Assembly: GCF_963974615.1 (NCBI RefSeq)
Contig: NZ_CAXBDH010000012.1
Location: 29,270-93,269, forward strand
DNA from: an uncultured Brevundimonas sp.
GTDB lineage: Bacteria > Pseudomonadota > Alphaproteobacteria > Caulobacterales > Caulobacteraceae
Direction: 5' to 3'
DNA: 64,000 nucleotides
Shown here: positions 1 through 11,779 of the stretch, in pieces
Layout: each line of letters opens with the position of its first letter
Position numbering within the stretch: position 1 is the stretch's first letter
Notes under the pieces: model-generated
Seen by the model: only the letters and a program-made list of their open reading frames with translations
What the model was told of the DNA's origin: nothing
Database searches by the model: none
Made by a program: the position numbers and the translations under genes

Positions 1-1
1 C

Positions 2-463
2 CGACTTCTGGGGATCGTCTCTCTGGCGGCCCTCGGTGCCGCCTGTGCCCCGACCGTCGGAATTCATGGATTCCAGAATGTTGACGCCGCCCCGACCGAC
101 ATTGTCGCGGGCACTGACACCAAACAGACCGTTCGTGCGCGTCTGGGCTCACCGTCGACGACCTCGACCTTCGAAAGTGACGCCGTCTGGTACTACATCA
201 GCCAGACCACGGAAAAATACACCTACAACCTGCCGAAGGTATCGCAGCGCAGTGTGACCGAGATCACCTTTGATAGTGCCGATCAGGTCGCGGCTGTCAG
301 GACCTTCGGTCTCGAAGACGGGCGGGACATCGATATGCTGCGCCGTACGACTCCGACCCGCGGACGCGAGCTGTCAGTTCTCGAGCAGTTGCTGGGCACG
401 ATCGGCCGCAGCCAGCTGCCCCGTACTGAGGACGAGCTGCCGGGCCAGCGCCGCCCGGACTAG
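2..463 (+). CDS. bamE: Outer membrane protein assembly factor BamE (SmpA/OmlA lipoprotein), 5'-partial at the window edge
   Basis: Frame 2 is open from nt 2 and reads RLLGIVSLAALGAAC (lipobox) followed by an SmpA/OmlA-like body (VRARLGSPSTTSTFESDAVWYYIS...TPTRGREL). Stop TAG at 461-463. The track only shows the internal Met at 254. Confidence 0.75.
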   Translation, partial: RLLGIVSLAALGAACAPTVGIHGFQNVDAAPTDIVAGTDTKQTVRARLGSPSTTSTFESDAVWYYISQTTEKYTYNLPKVSQRSVTEITFDSADQVAAVRTFGLEDGRDIDMLRRTTPTRGRELSVLEQLLGTIGRSQLPRTEDELPGQRRPD

Positions 464-520
464 GGCCCGAACCTGGCTCAAGGTCGCGGCTGGAGCCTGT
501 TCCGGTCATGACGGATACTC

Positions 521-563
521 GAAATAAAAGACGCCCCGGAGATCAATCTCCGGGGCGCCTTTC
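521..563. terminator. Intrinsic terminator hairpin between convergent bamE and hppA
   Basis: 11-bp perfect stem CGCCCCGGAGA (532-542) / TCTCCGGGGCG (547-557) with loop TCAA. The minus-strand tail is TCTTTTATTTC, serving hppA. The plus-strand tail CCTTTCG is weaker. Confidence 0.7.
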
Positions 564-616
564 GTATCAACGGACCGGACCCGGACCCGGGCAGGGCCCG
601 GATCCGTCCAGCCGGA

Positions 617-2770
617 TCAGACGATCTTGCCGCTCGCCAGCACCGCCAGCAGCAGCAGGGCGACGATGTTGGTGATCTTGATCATCGGGTTCACCGCCGG
701 ACCGGAGGTGTCCTTGTAGGGATCCCCGACCGTATCGCCGGTCACCGCGGCCTTGTGGGCCTCTGAACCCTTGCCGTGGACGACGCCGTTCTTGTCGGTG
801 AAACCTTCCTCGATCACCTTCTTGGCATTGTCCCAGGCCCCGCCGCCGGAGGTCATCGAGACCGCGACGAAGAAGCCGGTGACGATAACGCCCATCAGCA
901 TGGCCCCGAGCGCGGCGAAGGCCGTGGCCTTGTCCGAGATCGACAGCACGGCCACGAACAGCACGATCGGCGACAGCACCGGCAACAGGCTGGGCACGAT
1001 CATCTCCCTGATCGCAGCCTTGGTCAGGATGTCGACGGCCCGCCCGTACTCCGGCTTGACGTCATAGGTCATGATGCCGGGGTTCTCGCGGAACTGACGC
1101 CGGACCTCGGCCACGACGGCCTCGGCGGCGCGACCCACGGCCATCATCGACATGCCGCCAAACAGGAAGGGCAGCAGCCCCCCGAACAGCAGGCCGACGA
1201 CGACATAGGGGTTGGTCAGGGCGAAATCGATCTCGCCCATGCCGGCGAAGAACGGGAATTCCGCGGGGTTGGCCGCGAAATAATTCAGGTCCGACGTATA
1301 GGCCGCGAACAGCACCAGCGCGCCGAGGCCCGCCGATCCGATCGCATAGCCCTTGGTCACGGCCTTGGTGGTGTTGCCCACGGCGTCGAGGGCGTCGGTG
1401 ACATGACGGACGTCAGACGGCAGCCCCGCCATTTCGGCGATGCCCCCGGCGTTGTCGGTGACCGGTCCGAAGGCGTCCAGGGCGACGATCATTCCCGCCA
1501 CGCCCAGCATGGTTGTGGTGGCGATGGCGATACCGAACAGGCCCGCCAGCTGGAAGCTGACGATGATGCCGACGATGATGGTCAGGGCCGGCAGGGCCGT
1601 CGACTCCAGTGAGACAGCCAGACCCTGGATGACATTGGTGCCGTGGCCTGAAACCGAGGCATTGGCCACCGACTGCACCGGCCGGAAGGTCGAGCCGGTG
1701 TAGTATTCGGTGATGACCACGATGGCTGCGGTCACACCCAGACCGACCATGCCGGACCAGAACAGGCTCCTCGCCGTGATCTCCAGCCCGTTGGTGGTCA
1801 TGATGACCGCATTGCCGGGCAGGAGATGTTCGATCACCACCCAGACCGCGCCGGCCGACAGCACGCCGGTGACGATCAGACCCTGGTACAGGGCCCCCAT
1901 GATGTTGCCGCTCTTGCCCAGACGGACAAAGAAGCTGCCGATGATCGAGGTCACGATACAGATGCCGCAGATGGCCAGCGGCAGCAGCATCATCACATCG
2001 ACATAGGGCTGGCCGCGGAAGAAGATCGCCGCCAGCACCATGGTGGCGACCGTGGTCACCGCATAGGTCTCGAACAGGTCGGCGGCCATGCCGGCACAGT
2101 CGCCGACATTGTCACCGACGTTGTCGGCGATGGTCGCGGCGTTGCGGGGGTCATCCTCGGGGATGCCGGCCTCGACCTTGCCGACCATGTCGCCGCCGAC
2201 GTCCGCACCCTTGGTGAAGATGCCGCCGCCGAGACGGGCGAAGATCGAAATCAGCGAAGCCCCGAAGCCCAGGGCGACGAGGCCGTCGATGACCTCACGT
2301 CCCGTGCGGTCCAGTCCCAGACCCTCGGTCAGGATGCCGTAGTAACCAGCCACGCCCAGCAGGGCACCGCCGGCCACGAACATGCCGGTGATGGCCCCCG
2401 AGCGGAAGGCCAGGTCCAGGCCTCTGGCCAGGCTTTCAGATGCGCCCTGTGCCGTTCGCACATTGGCCCGCACCGAAATCAGCATGCCGGCGTATCCGGC
2501 CGCACCGGACAGGACAGCACCGATCACGAAGCCGATGGCGGCATAGACGCCGATCAGGAGGTAGGCGGCGATCAGAATCACCACCCCGACCATGGCGATG
2601 GTCGTGTATTGCCGTCGCAGATAGGCGGATGCGCCTTCCTGGATCGCCGCAGCGATCTCACGCATCTTGTCGTTACCGGTGCCGGCCTTCATCAGCCCGG
2701 CGGTCTGGACGGCACCGAACAGCACCCCCAGAACCCCGGCCGCAATGACCAGCCATAGAATATTCGTCAT
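617..2770 (-). CDS. hppA: Membrane-bound proton-translocating pyrophosphatase (H+-PPase)
   Basis: 717-aa polytopic protein with hallmark H+-PPase motifs ([60 protein letters not shown]). Confidence 0.95.
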   Translation of the reverse strand: MTNILWLVIAAGVLGVLFGAVQTAGLMKAGTGNDKMREIAAAIQEGASAYLRRQYTTIAMVGVVILIAAYLLIGVYAAIGFVIGAVLSGAAGYAGMLISVRANVRTAQGASESLARGLDLAFRSGAITGMFVAGGALLGVAGYYGILTEGLGLDRTGREVIDGLVALGFGASLISIFARLGGGIFTKGADVGGDMVGKVEAGIPEDDPRNAATIADNVGDNVGDCAGMAADLFETYAVTTVATMVLAAIFFRGQPYVDVMMLLPLAICGICIVTSIIGSFFVRLGKSGNIMGALYQGLIVTGVLSAGAVWVVIEHLLPGNAVIMTTNGLEITARSLFWSGMVGLGVTAAIVVITEYYTGSTFRPVQSVANASVSGHGTNVIQGLAVSLESTALPALTIIVGIIVSFQLAGLFGIAIATTTMLGVAGMIVALDAFGPVTDNAGGIAEMAGLPSDVRHVTDALDAVGNTTKAVTKGYAIGSAGLGALVLFAAYTSDLNYFAANPAEFPFFAGMGEIDFALTNPYVVVGLLFGGLLPFLFGGMSMMAVGRAAEAVVAEVRRQFRENPGIMTYDVKPEYGRAVDILTKAAIREMIVPSLLPVLSPIVLFVAVLSISDKATAFAALGAMLMGVIVTGFFVAVSMTSGGGAWDNAKKVIEEGFTDKNGVVHGKGSEAHKAAVTGDTVGDPYKDTSGPAVNPMIKITNIVALLLLAVLASGKIV

Positions 2771-2942
2771 GGCGTTTCCAAACCTCAGACCAACAGGCGC
2801 GCGGACCCTTGGCGCGGGGAGGCTGATGCCTCTCTCCGCCTTCCGGTCCCCCCGTGCGCAACGGACGCATCAGCGCGTCCCTAGGGAATTGCGGCGGAAA
2901 CGTGCCAAAAGCATCGAGCCGACGCAACAGTGGTGTTTGGGG

Positions 2943-3374
2943 TCAGGCTCTCGGGGTCGCCAGAGTCCGTCGCGGGGCCTGACTGATGACCTCGACACGG
3001 GTCACGGCCCCCCGTCCGGCGATGCTTACCGCCGATCGCATCAGGCTGGCGCTGAGCGCGGCCTGATTGATTCGATTCCAGTTATCCGCGACCACGAACG
3101 GGGTGCGATGTCCCGACCGCACCAGGGCATCCCGGAAATAGGCTTCCTTGGGGGATATCTCCTGGGGGGTATGTCCGCCCCCCAGATGCAGCCGGACCGA
3201 CACGAACACATAGTTCCGGATACGGCCGTCAATGATGATCGGCAGGCCGACCCCGGCGATGTTCAGGGTGTTGTCACCGGACTGGGCCTCGCTCGCCGAC
3301 ACCGATGTGGCGAGGGCGGCGGCCGCGCTTCCGGCGATGGATCCAGCGATGAGAGTCCGACGAAGCATCCGCAC
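2943..3374 (-). CDS. Hypothetical exported protein, possibly FliL-like in layout
   Basis: 143-aa ORF with an N-terminal signal-like segment (MRMLRRTLIAGSIAGSAAAALATSVSA). No motif I can name. The FliL-like resemblance is a weak impression only. Confidence 0.45.
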   Translation of the reverse strand: MRMLRRTLIAGSIAGSAAAALATSVSASEAQSGDNTLNIAGVGLPIIIDGRIRNYVFVSVRLHLGGGHTPQEISPKEAYFRDALVRSGHRTPFVVADNWNRINQAALSASLMRSAVSIAGRGAVTRVEVISQAPRRTLATPRA

Positions 3375-3483
3375 AAGATGTCGCCGACGTCTTAGGATTC
3401 CGTTGCGTCAGAACATGATCGCCGGCGACGGGCCTGATCGAACGCCGAAACAGACTCATGACGGGCCATGTCAATCATTGATT

Positions 3484-4473
3484 CTAGTCGTGGCTCCAGC
3501 CCGGCCGTTTGATCGTCACCTTCTCTCCCCCGTAGAGAACCGTCACCCCGGCCCCCTCGCTGACCTGACCAATACAGGTCAGACGCAACAGCCGACGCTC
3601 GGCCTCGCGCCGCAGGGCGGCCTCGTCTTCAGGGCGGATCGTGAAGGCGATTTCATAGTCGTCGCCACCCGTCACCAGCCGGATCATCGCGTCTTCGGGA
3701 TCGACCCGACCGTCCAGCCAGGCGTGGCCGGCCGCCGAGACGGGCACGGAGTCGAGGGTGAGTTCCATGGCGACGCCGCTGGTCTCCGCCAGATGGCCGA
3801 GATCGGCCACCAGGCCGTCCGATACATCGATTGCGGCCGTCGCCATATCCCGCACCGGCTCGGCGAACTCCACCCGTGGCATCGGTGTCCGGTAATGGGT
3901 GATCAGCGTCTCGATCCGTTCGTCGGCCAGCGACAGCATGCCCCGGACTGCCTGTAGCCCCAGATAGCCGTCGCCGATCGTGCCGGTGACCATGATCCGG
4001 TCGCCCGGCCGCGCGCCGTTGCGCCCGACGACCCGACCCTTCTGGATCCAGCCCAGCAGGGTCAGGGAAAACGTCGCCGGTCCTATGGTCGCGACGGTGT
4101 CGCCGCCCAGCAAGGCGACCCCGAAGCGCTCCTGATCCTGTTTCAGACCCGCGGCGAAGGCCTTTCGCTCGGGCCAGCCGCAGCGACTCGACCAGTTGCA
4201 GGCCAGCATATAGCCGAACGGCTCTGCGCCCTTGCAGGCCAGATCGGACAGGTTCACCCGCAGCAGCTTCTGCGCCACGGTGCCGAGCGGGTCCTGCGGC
4301 AGGAAATGAATGCTTTCGACCAGGGCGTCCTTGGTCAGGACCAGATCATATCCCGGGCGCGAGGGCACCACGGCGACATCGTCGCGCAGGCCCCTGCCCC
4401 ATTCCGGATGGGCCAGCGGCGCGAACAGCCGCTCGATGGTCTCGAACTCTCCGGCGGCGTCAACCGAGGGCAT
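3484..4473 (-). CDS. thiL: Thiamine-monophosphate kinase
   Basis: ThiL-like sequence ([14 protein letters not shown]..., [16 protein letters not shown]). The start is placed at the Met just before GEFE (4473). This overlaps the nusB stop by 14 nt. The track start at 4551 would lie deep inside nusB. Confidence 0.85.
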   Translation of the reverse strand: MPSVDAAGEFETIERLFAPLAHPEWGRGLRDDVAVVPSRPGYDLVLTKDALVESIHFLPQDPLGTVAQKLLRVNLSDLACKGAEPFGYMLACNWSSRCGWPERKAFAAGLKQDQERFGVALLGGDTVATIGPATFSLTLLGWIQKGRVVGRNGARPGDRIMVTGTIGDGYLGLQAVRGMLSLADERIETLITHYRTPMPRVEFAEPVRDMATAAIDVSDGLVADLGHLAETSGVAMELTLDSVPVSAAGHAWLDGRVDPEDAMIRLVTGGDDYEIAFTIRPEDEAALRREAERRLLRLTCIGQVSEGAGVTVLYGGEKVTIKRPGWSHD

Positions 4474-4984
4474 CACGCGCCACGCCATCCAGCGCCGCAT
4501 TGACGAATTTCGCCTCGGCGTCGTCGAAGAAGGCCTTGGCCAGCTCGACATATTCGTCGATCACGATCTCGCGCGGCACGTCCCGGCGTTCCCGCAGTTC
4601 CCAGGCCCCCGCCCGCAGCAGGGCCCTCAGGGTCGAATCCAGCCGCTCCATGCGCCAGTTGGAGGCCAGCCGGACCTTGATCGCCGCATCGATGTCGCGC
4701 TGGGTGCCGACCACGCCGCGCACGATTTCGGCGAAATAGTCTTCGTCGGCCTCGGCCAGGGCCTCGCCCTCGATATCGGTGTCGAACCGGTGGGCCGAGA
4801 ATTCGGATATGACGGTATCCACGCCCTCGCCGGCCAGCTCCATCTGATACAGGGCCTGGACGGCCGCCAGGCGCGCGACCGTGCGGGCGCGCCGCTGGCG
4901 CGAGGTCAGCTGCGGTTCGGCCCGTTGTTTTTCAACTTCGGCCAGCTGGGCGATTACGGATTGGATGCTGTTGGGTTCGGTCAC
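4460..4984 (-). CDS. nusB: Transcription antitermination factor NusB
   Basis: NusB signature ([14 protein letters not shown]..., [21 protein letters not shown]). GTG start forms a GTGA overlap with the ribH stop. Confidence 0.9.
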   Translation of the reverse strand: MTEPNSIQSVIAQLAEVEKQRAEPQLTSRQRRARTVARLAAVQALYQMELAGEGVDTVISEFSAHRFDTDIEGEALAEADEDYFAEIVRGVVGTQRDIDAAIKVRLASNWRMERLDSTLRALLRAGAWELRERRDVPREIVIDEYVELAKAFFDDAEAKFVNAALDGVARDALG

Positions 4985-5442
4985 GATCCCAGTCCTACGC
5001 GCAGCCGCTTCCTCAACGCAATCAGGTCCAGACAGGCGCGCGCCGCGCCGCCGCCCTTGTCACCCTCGTTCAGACGCGCCCGGGCCCAGGCCTGGGCCTC
5101 ATTCTCGACCGTCAGAATACCGTTGCCGATGGCCATACCCTTGACCCCCAGCTGACGCAGGCCCGCGGCCGACTGATCGGCGACGATCTCGAAATGATAG
5201 GTCTCGCCCCGGATGACGCAGCCCAGCGCCACATAACCGTCGTAGCGGGGCGCGGTAGGATAGCGGCCGGCCTCCTCGGCCAGGGCGATGGTGGTGGCGA
5301 TCTCCAGCGCACCGGGTACGGTCACGACGTCGAATTGCACCTGTTGGGCGCGCAGGGTGTCCTGCGCACCTTCCAGCAAGGCGTCGGCCAGTTCGGAATA
5401 GAAGCGGGCCTCAACAATGAGGACCCGGAGCGGTTCAGTCAG
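4981..5442 (-). CDS. ribH: 6,7-dimethyl-8-ribityllumazine synthase (start codon uncertain and non-canonical)
   Basis: RibH motifs ([26 protein letters not shown]). The conserved N-terminal strand [11 protein letters not shown] lies upstream of the track start at 5379. Only CTG (5442-5440) or ATC (5445-5443) is available before the in-frame stop at 5466-5464. Confidence 0.85.
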   Translation of the reverse strand: MTEPLRVLIVEARFYSELADALLEGAQDTLRAQQVQFDVVTVPGALEIATTIALAEEAGRYPTAPRYDGYVALGCVIRGETYHFEIVADQSAAGLRQLGVKGMAIGNGILTVENEAQAWARARLNEGDKGGGAARACLDLIALRKRLRVGLGS

Positions 5443-6572
5443 GATTGGTCTTCTCCATCCATGTCACGCCAGCCGACGATGCGCAGGCCATAGCCTTCCA
5501 GCGCCGTCGGATTGGGTCGGGTCGAGCTCATCACGATCATGTCGTGCACACCGAGGTCCAGCAGGATCTGGGCCCCGACGCCATAGTTACGGATCGACCG
5601 GTCGACGGCTGTCGGCTTTTCCACGCCGGCCAGCCGTTCGGCCAGGCCGTGAAGTTCGGGATCGCGCAGGAAGACGGTGACACCGGCTCCGTCGTGATCG
5701 CTGATCGCCTTCAGGGCCAGCGGCACATAGTCCTGGCGGGCCTCGATATGGCCCAGAAGATCGGCGGCGAAATCGACCTGATGCATGCGCACCAGCGTCG
5801 GCTTGCCCGCCTCGACCTTGCCGCTGACCAGGGCGACGTGCTCGATCCCTTCGATGGCGTTGCGGAACAGGATCAGGCGGAAAGGTCCGCCGTGGACGCT
5901 CTCGAACGTCGTATCCATGACCCGCTCGACCAGCCGTTCGGTGCGGCGGCGATAGGCGATCAGGTCGGCGATCGTGCCGATCTTCAGCCCGTGCAGCTGG
6001 GCGAAGGCCACCAGGTCCGGCATTCGGGCCATGGTGCCGTCGTCATTCATGATCTCGCAGATCACGCCCGCCGGGGTCAGGCCGGCCATGCGCGAGATGT
6101 CGACGGCCGCCTCGGTATGGCCGGTGCGCACCAGCACCCCGCCCTCGCGGGCCACCAGCGGAAACACATGGCCGGGCGAGACGATGTCGTCCGCGCCCCG
6201 GGTCGGGTCTGCCGCCACTTGCACGGTGCGGGCGCGGTCGGCGGCCGAGATGCCGGTCGTCACCCCGTCCTTCGCCTCGATCGAGACGGTGAAGGCCGTG
6301 CCCATGCTCTCGCGGTTGTCAGCGGCCATCGGCGGCAGGCGCAGCTGGCGGGCCCGCTCGCCGGTGATGGCCAGACAGATCAGTCCGCGCGCATGTCGGG
6401 CCATGAAATTGATCTGGTCCGGCGTGGCGAACTGGGCCGGGATGATGATGTCGCCCTCGTTCTCGCGATCCTCGGCATCGACGAGGATATAGGGCTTGCC
6501 GTTGCGGGCATCCTCGAGGATGTCCTCAATCGGGCTGATCGGGCTGTCGTTCATATTGGCCGCCAATTGCAT
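5439..6572 (-). CDS. ribBA: Bifunctional 3,4-dihydroxy-2-butanone-4-phosphate synthase / GTP cyclohydrolase II
   Basis: DHBP synthase N-terminus ([26 protein letters not shown]) followed by a GCH-II-like C-terminal half. The ATG at 6572 gives a 1-nt TGATG overlap with the ribE stop. An alternative GTG lies at 6590. Confidence 0.9.
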   Translation of the reverse strand: MQLAANMNDSPISPIEDILEDARNGKPYILVDAEDRENEGDIIIPAQFATPDQINFMARHARGLICLAITGERARQLRLPPMAADNRESMGTAFTVSIEAKDGVTTGISAADRARTVQVAADPTRGADDIVSPGHVFPLVAREGGVLVRTGHTEAAVDISRMAGLTPAGVICEIMNDDGTMARMPDLVAFAQLHGLKIGTIADLIAYRRRTERLVERVMDTTFESVHGGPFRLILFRNAIEGIEHVALVSGKVEAGKPTLVRMHQVDFAADLLGHIEARQDYVPLALKAISDHDGAGVTVFLRDPELHGLAERLAGVEKPTAVDRSIRNYGVGAQILLDLGVHDMIVMSSTRPNPTALEGYGLRIVGWRDMDGEDQS

Positions 6573-7162
6573 CAGGCCGTCTCCTGCCACCGCGCGAGGT
6601 ATCGCGCCAGCATGTCGATTTCGAGATTGACCGGATCGCCGGCTTTCAGCGCGCCCAGCGTCGTGGCCTCCCAGGTGTGGGGGATGATGTTCAGACCGAA
6701 CTCGCGGTCCTCCACCGTGTTGACCGTCAGCGACACGCCATCGACGGTGATCGAGCCCTTGGCGGCGATATAACGGTGCAGCGGGGCCGGAGCGGCGATC
6801 ATCAGCCGGTGCGACCCGCCCTCCGGCATCACCCCAACCACCTTGCCCAGGCCGTCAACATGGCCCGAGACGATATGGCCGCCCAGTTCGTCGCCCAGTT
6901 TCGCGGCCCGCTCCAGATTGACCCGCGTCCCGGCCTTCCAACCGCCCAGCGTCGTCTTCGACAGGGTCTCGGCCGAGACTTCGACCGCGAACCAGCCGGG
7001 GCCGGTCTCGACCACGGTCAGGCAGCAGCCGGCGTGGCTGACGGAAGCCCCGAGGTCCAGCGTCACCGTGTCCCAGGCGGTCTCGATCACGTAGCGGCGG
7101 TCGCGCGTGGTCTGTTCGACCGCGCGTACCCTGCCGATGTCGGTGACGATGCCGGTGAACAT
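6572..7162 (-). CDS. ribE: Riboflavin synthase alpha chain
   Basis: MFTGIVTDIGRV N-terminus and an internally duplicated lumazine-binding fold (GASVSHAGCCLTV / GSITVDGVSLTV). Confidence 0.9.
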   Translation of the reverse strand: MFTGIVTDIGRVRAVEQTTRDRRYVIETAWDTVTLDLGASVSHAGCCLTVVETGPGWFAVEVSAETLSKTTLGGWKAGTRVNLERAAKLGDELGGHIVSGHVDGLGKVVGVMPEGGSHRLMIAAPAPLHRYIAAKGSITVDGVSLTVNTVEDREFGLNIIPHTWEATTLGALKAGDPVNLEIDMLARYLARWQETA

Positions 7163-7789
7163 TCAGAGCCTCTCGTAACGTTCCCACAGGTCGTCACCGC
7201 AGGGCTCGACCGCAAGGCGCCGGAAGGCCGGAGCGTCGGAAAGTCGCGCCAGCGCCAGGCTGGCGACGCAGGCCCGTCCGTCGCCGCCCAGCAGGATCGG
7301 GGCGCGGAACCACTCCAGCGTATCGACCAGTCCGGCGGCGATGAAGGAGGCCGCCACCCGACCGCCGCCCTCAATCATCAGCGTGCCGACCCCGCGCCGC
7401 TTCAACGCTGCCAGCACGGCGACCGGAGCCGGACGCCCGTCGATCGCCTCGACCTGTTCGATCTCGGCCTCACCAACCGGAACCGACTCGGCGGCGGTCA
7501 GAATCAGGGTGTTGGCCCCGGCGATCCGGGCCGTGGCCGGGGTTCGCAGCTGGCTGTCCAGTACCACCCGCAGTGGCTGGTCCACTGGTCGCCCGGGCAG
7601 TCGCGCGGTCAGTTCGGGGTCATCGGCCAGCACCGTCTCCACTCCGACCAGAATGGCGTCGTGGGCAGCCCGCAATCGATGTCCGGCCAGACGGGCCGTC
7701 TCCCCGGTGATCCATTTTGACTCGCCCGACGCCGTGGCGATGCGTCCGTCCAGCGACGTCGCCAATTTCAGGGTGACGCGCGGCCGCAT
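7163..7789 (-). CDS. ribD: 5-amino-6-(5-phosphoribosylamino)uracil reductase, stand-alone RibD C-terminal domain with no deaminase domain
   Basis: The 208-aa ORF begins exactly at the reductase domain (RPRVTLKLATSLDGRIATASGESKWITG...). Its ATG overlaps the nrdR stop by 1 nt (TGATG at 7791-7787). That leaves no room for a CMP/dCMP-type deaminase domain. Confidence 0.8.
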   Translation of the reverse strand: MRPRVTLKLATSLDGRIATASGESKWITGETARLAGHRLRAAHDAILVGVETVLADDPELTARLPGRPVDQPLRVVLDSQLRTPATARIAGANTLILTAAESVPVGEAEIEQVEAIDGRPAPVAVLAALKRRGVGTLMIEGGGRVAASFIAAGLVDTLEWFRAPILLGGDGRACVASLALARLSDAPAFRRLAVEPCGDDLWERYERL

Positions 7790-8256
7790 CAGCTGCGACC
7801 GGGCTCGTCCAGCCCTTCGTCGCCGAGGAATTTGGCGAAATCACCGGTGTGGCGGAAATCCTTGTAGACCGAGGCGTAGCGGACATAGGCCACCTCATCG
7901 ACGCCCTTCAGCGCCTTCATGATGAAGTCGCCGACCGTGCTGGACGGGATCTCGGTTTCGCCCAGACTCTCCAGCTGGCGCACGATGCGACTGACCAGCT
8001 GTTCGATCTGCTCCGGCTGTACCGGCCGCTTGCGCAGGGCGATGCCCAGCGACCGTTCCAGCTTGTCGCGGTCGAAGGGCGTACGGCGGCCATTACGCTT
8101 CAGGATCATCAGCTCGCGCAGTTGTACCCGTTCGAAGGTGGTGAAACGCCCGTTGCAGTTGGGACAGGACCGCCGACGCCGGATCGCCGCGCCGTCATCC
8201 GACGGGCGACTGTCCTTCACCTGGGTGTCCTGATGGCCGCAGAAGGGGCATTTCAT
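7789..8256 (-). CDS. nrdR: Transcriptional repressor NrdR
   Basis: [17 protein letters not shown]...[14 protein letters not shown] zinc ribbon plus an ATP-cone. 155 aa. Confidence 0.95.
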   Translation of the reverse strand: MKCPFCGHQDTQVKDSRPSDDGAAIRRRRSCPNCNGRFTTFERVQLRELMILKRNGRRTPFDRDKLERSLGIALRKRPVQPEQIEQLVSRIVRQLESLGETEIPSSTVGDFIMKALKGVDEVAYVRYASVYKDFRHTGDFAKFLGDEGLDEPGRS

Positions 8257-8262
8257 CGGCGT

Positions 8263-9561
<1,299 letters not shown>

Positions 9562-9659
9562 GGCTTGATCAGGAAGACCATCTATCTAGGCTCTGGCGCG
9601 CCGGGCCACAACATCTGGTGGTCAGCCGCCGACGTGAGCGTGGCTTGCGACGAAAGCGG

Positions 9660-10112
9660 CTATGCTGCCGTGAGACCACGCGGCCAGCGCAGGGCGTAGG
9701 CTACGATCCCGAGGGTGACGAGAATCTCCAGCACCACGACGACCTGATAGAACGGCACCGAACCGAAAAACGTCAGCGCCTCGATAGCCGTATAGGCGAG
9801 ACCGAGCACGACATTGAGCCAGCGGCTGATCAACCGCGGCAAGGCCGCTGACAGAAAGATCATCAGGGCCGGGACAGCGAGCACGATCGCCACGCCGAGG
9901 AGTACGCCGGCGCTCGCCTCACCCAGCGGCCCCAATTTTCCGGCCGACATCCCCTCGATCGTGCCTGGAAGATAGAGACTGAAATAGTCGTTGTAGATGT
10001 AGAGGCCCATCAGAGAGGCCCATAGCAGCGAAATCGCCAGCCCTGTGGGCAGCCGGAATGTCTCAGATTGACTGTCGCTCAACGGAACCCCCTGATCGTC
10101 AATGCCCCCCAC
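9660..10112 (-). CDS. Hypothetical integral membrane protein (about 4 TM helices)
   Basis: 150-aa hydrophobic ORF with four hydrophobic stretches. GC looks lower than the flanks. No catalytic motif recognised. Confidence 0.55.
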   Translation of the reverse strand: MGGIDDQGVPLSDSQSETFRLPTGLAISLLWASLMGLYIYNDYFSLYLPGTIEGMSAGKLGPLGEASAGVLLGVAIVLAVPALMIFLSAALPRLISRWLNVVLGLAYTAIEALTFFGSVPFYQVVVVLEILVTLGIVAYALRWPRGLTAA

Positions 10113-10152
10113 AGTCCAAGCCTAGGCGCGCATTTTCAGTTGGGCAAGACAG

Positions 10153-10347
10153 CTACGCTTGAGGTGCCGCCTGGGTCAGGGCGCGTTTCAGCTTGGCAAT
10201 GGCCAGCCGCTCGACCGCCTTGGGCTCAGCCGCCGGACCGACGGCGCAGGCTTCTCGCCCCGTCGCCACATGGATGGCCGAAACTTTCAGATACAGGCCG
10301 TTGCGGACCTTTTCGATGATGATCCCGCCAACGCCCGGGTCACTCAT
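10153..10347 (-). CDS. Small hypothetical protein translationally coupled to hemA
   Basis: 64-aa ORF from the internal Met ([32 protein letters not shown]...LAIAKLKRAL). Its ATG overlaps the hemA TGA by 1 nt (TGATG at 10349-10345). It resembles small conserved alphaproteobacterial hypotheticals, but I cannot name the family with confidence. Confidence 0.5.
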   Translation of the reverse strand: MSDPGVGGIIIEKVRNGLYLKVSAIHVATGREACAVGPAAEPKAVERLAIAKLKRALTQAAPQA

Positions 10348-11573
10348 CAGGCGACGGCAGGAAGGCGCGCCACATTGCAGTGGGTCCATAGCCGGTCCAT
10401 CGCCTTGACCAGATCATCCATCATCGCATCGGTGTGATTGGGCGACGGGGTGAAGCGCAGGCGCTCGGTGCCCTTGGGCACAGTCGGATAGTTGATCGGC
10501 TGGACATAGACGCCGTACTCTTCCAGCAGCAGGTCCGAGATCAGCTTGCAGTGCACCGGATCGCCGACGTGCACGGGCACGATATGGCTCTCTGACGGCA
10601 GCACAGGGATCCCGGCGGCGGCGAAGCGCGACTTCAGCGTGGCGGCGCGTTCCTGGTGGGCGACGCGCAGCTCGGGGCTGGCCTTCAGATGGCGCACCGA
10701 GGCCAGGGCCCCCGCGGTCAGGGCCGGCGGCAGACTGGTGGTGAAAATGAAGCCCGAGGCCCAGCTACGCACGGCGTCGACGATCATGGCGTCGGCGGCG
10801 ATATAGCCCCCCATGACGCCGATGGCCTTGCCCAGGGTGCATTCGACGATGTCGATCCCGTCCAGCAAGCCGTCACGTTCGGCGACACCGGCCCCGGTCT
10901 GGCCGTACAGGCCGACCGCATGGACCTCGTCCAGATAGGTCATGGCCCCGTATTTCCGCGCCAGGGCGATGGTCCCGGCCAGGTCGGCGATGTCGCCGTC
11001 CATCGAATAGACGCTCTCGAAGGCGATCAGTTTCGGTGCACCGGCCGGCGCGGCCTGCAGCAGCGCCTCCAGATGTTCCAGGTCGTTGTGGGCATAGATG
11101 TGCCGCTCGCAGCCGCCGTTGCGGATGCCGGCGATCATCGAGGCGTGGTTCAGAGAGTCCGAGAAGATGATCAGGCCCGGCAGGATGCGCTGCAGGGTCG
11201 TCAGGGTCGCCTCATTGGCCACATAGCCCGAGGTGAACAACAGGGCCGCGTCCTTCTGGTGCCAGGCGGCCAGCTCGGCTTCCAGATCGACGGCCGAGCG
11301 GGTCGTGCCCGAGATGTTGCGCGTGCCCCCGGCTCCGGCCCCGACCGCGTCGATCTCGGCCTGCATGGCCTCCAGTACCGCCGGATGCTGGCCCATGCCC
11401 AGATAGTCGTTGGAGCACCAGATCACGACGTCCTGCTCAGACCCGTCTTCACGGCGACGCGTGGCCAGCGGGAACTGGCCGCGTACGCGTTTCAGATCGG
11501 CGAAGACGCGATAGCGGCCCTCGCTCCTGACCTGGTCGACGGCGGTTTCGAATGCAGCCCTGTAGTCGTACAA
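10347..11573 (-). CDS. hemA: 5-aminolevulinate synthase
   Basis: ALAS / alpha-oxoamine synthase motifs ([28 protein letters not shown]). The start is placed at TTG 11573 ([12 protein letters not shown]...), with GAGAAGAG 8-9 nt upstream. The track start at 11684 adds an Arg-rich extension unlike ALAS N-termini. Confidence 0.9.
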   Translation of the reverse strand: MYDYRAAFETAVDQVRSEGRYRVFADLKRVRGQFPLATRRREDGSEQDVVIWCSNDYLGMGQHPAVLEAMQAEIDAVGAGAGGTRNISGTTRSAVDLEAELAAWHQKDAALLFTSGYVANEATLTTLQRILPGLIIFSDSLNHASMIAGIRNGGCERHIYAHNDLEHLEALLQAAPAGAPKLIAFESVYSMDGDIADLAGTIALARKYGAMTYLDEVHAVGLYGQTGAGVAERDGLLDGIDIVECTLGKAIGVMGGYIAADAMIVDAVRSWASGFIFTTSLPPALTAGALASVRHLKASPELRVAHQERAATLKSRFAAAGIPVLPSESHIVPVHVGDPVHCKLISDLLLEEYGVYVQPINYPTVPKGTERLRFTPSPNHTDAMMDDLVKAMDRLWTHCNVARLPAVA

Positions 11574-11779
11574 AGTAACAGCTCTTCTCAGCTCCGGGCG
11601 GTACGCAGCCGTCCTGAAAGACGGCCGCCTTTTGCGCCGATTGGCTTCTTCTGTCCACGCAAACGCAAGGACAAATCGCCGCAAACCCTTAATTGATAAC
11701 GATTCTCAACTCAGCGTCGGCGGCGAATCCGCATGCCAGTCCTACTGGACCAGAGCGAGTCCGTTCGCTTTGATCTGGA

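Noticed and set aside
3458-3476. Near-palindrome TCATGACGGGCCATGTCA downstream of thiL as a terminator or operator.
   Set aside because: Symmetric pairing breaks after one or two positions and there is no T-tract. It is not distinguishable from chance.
9562-9659. Riboswitch (ZTP/pfl or THF type) in the glyA leader.
   Set aside because: I could not find the conserved pfl cores (GGGUCGUGACUGGCG or the CCGCCUGGGC pseudoknot partner) or a THF-like fold by eye. The leader is only about 98 nt. A covariance-model scan would be decisive.
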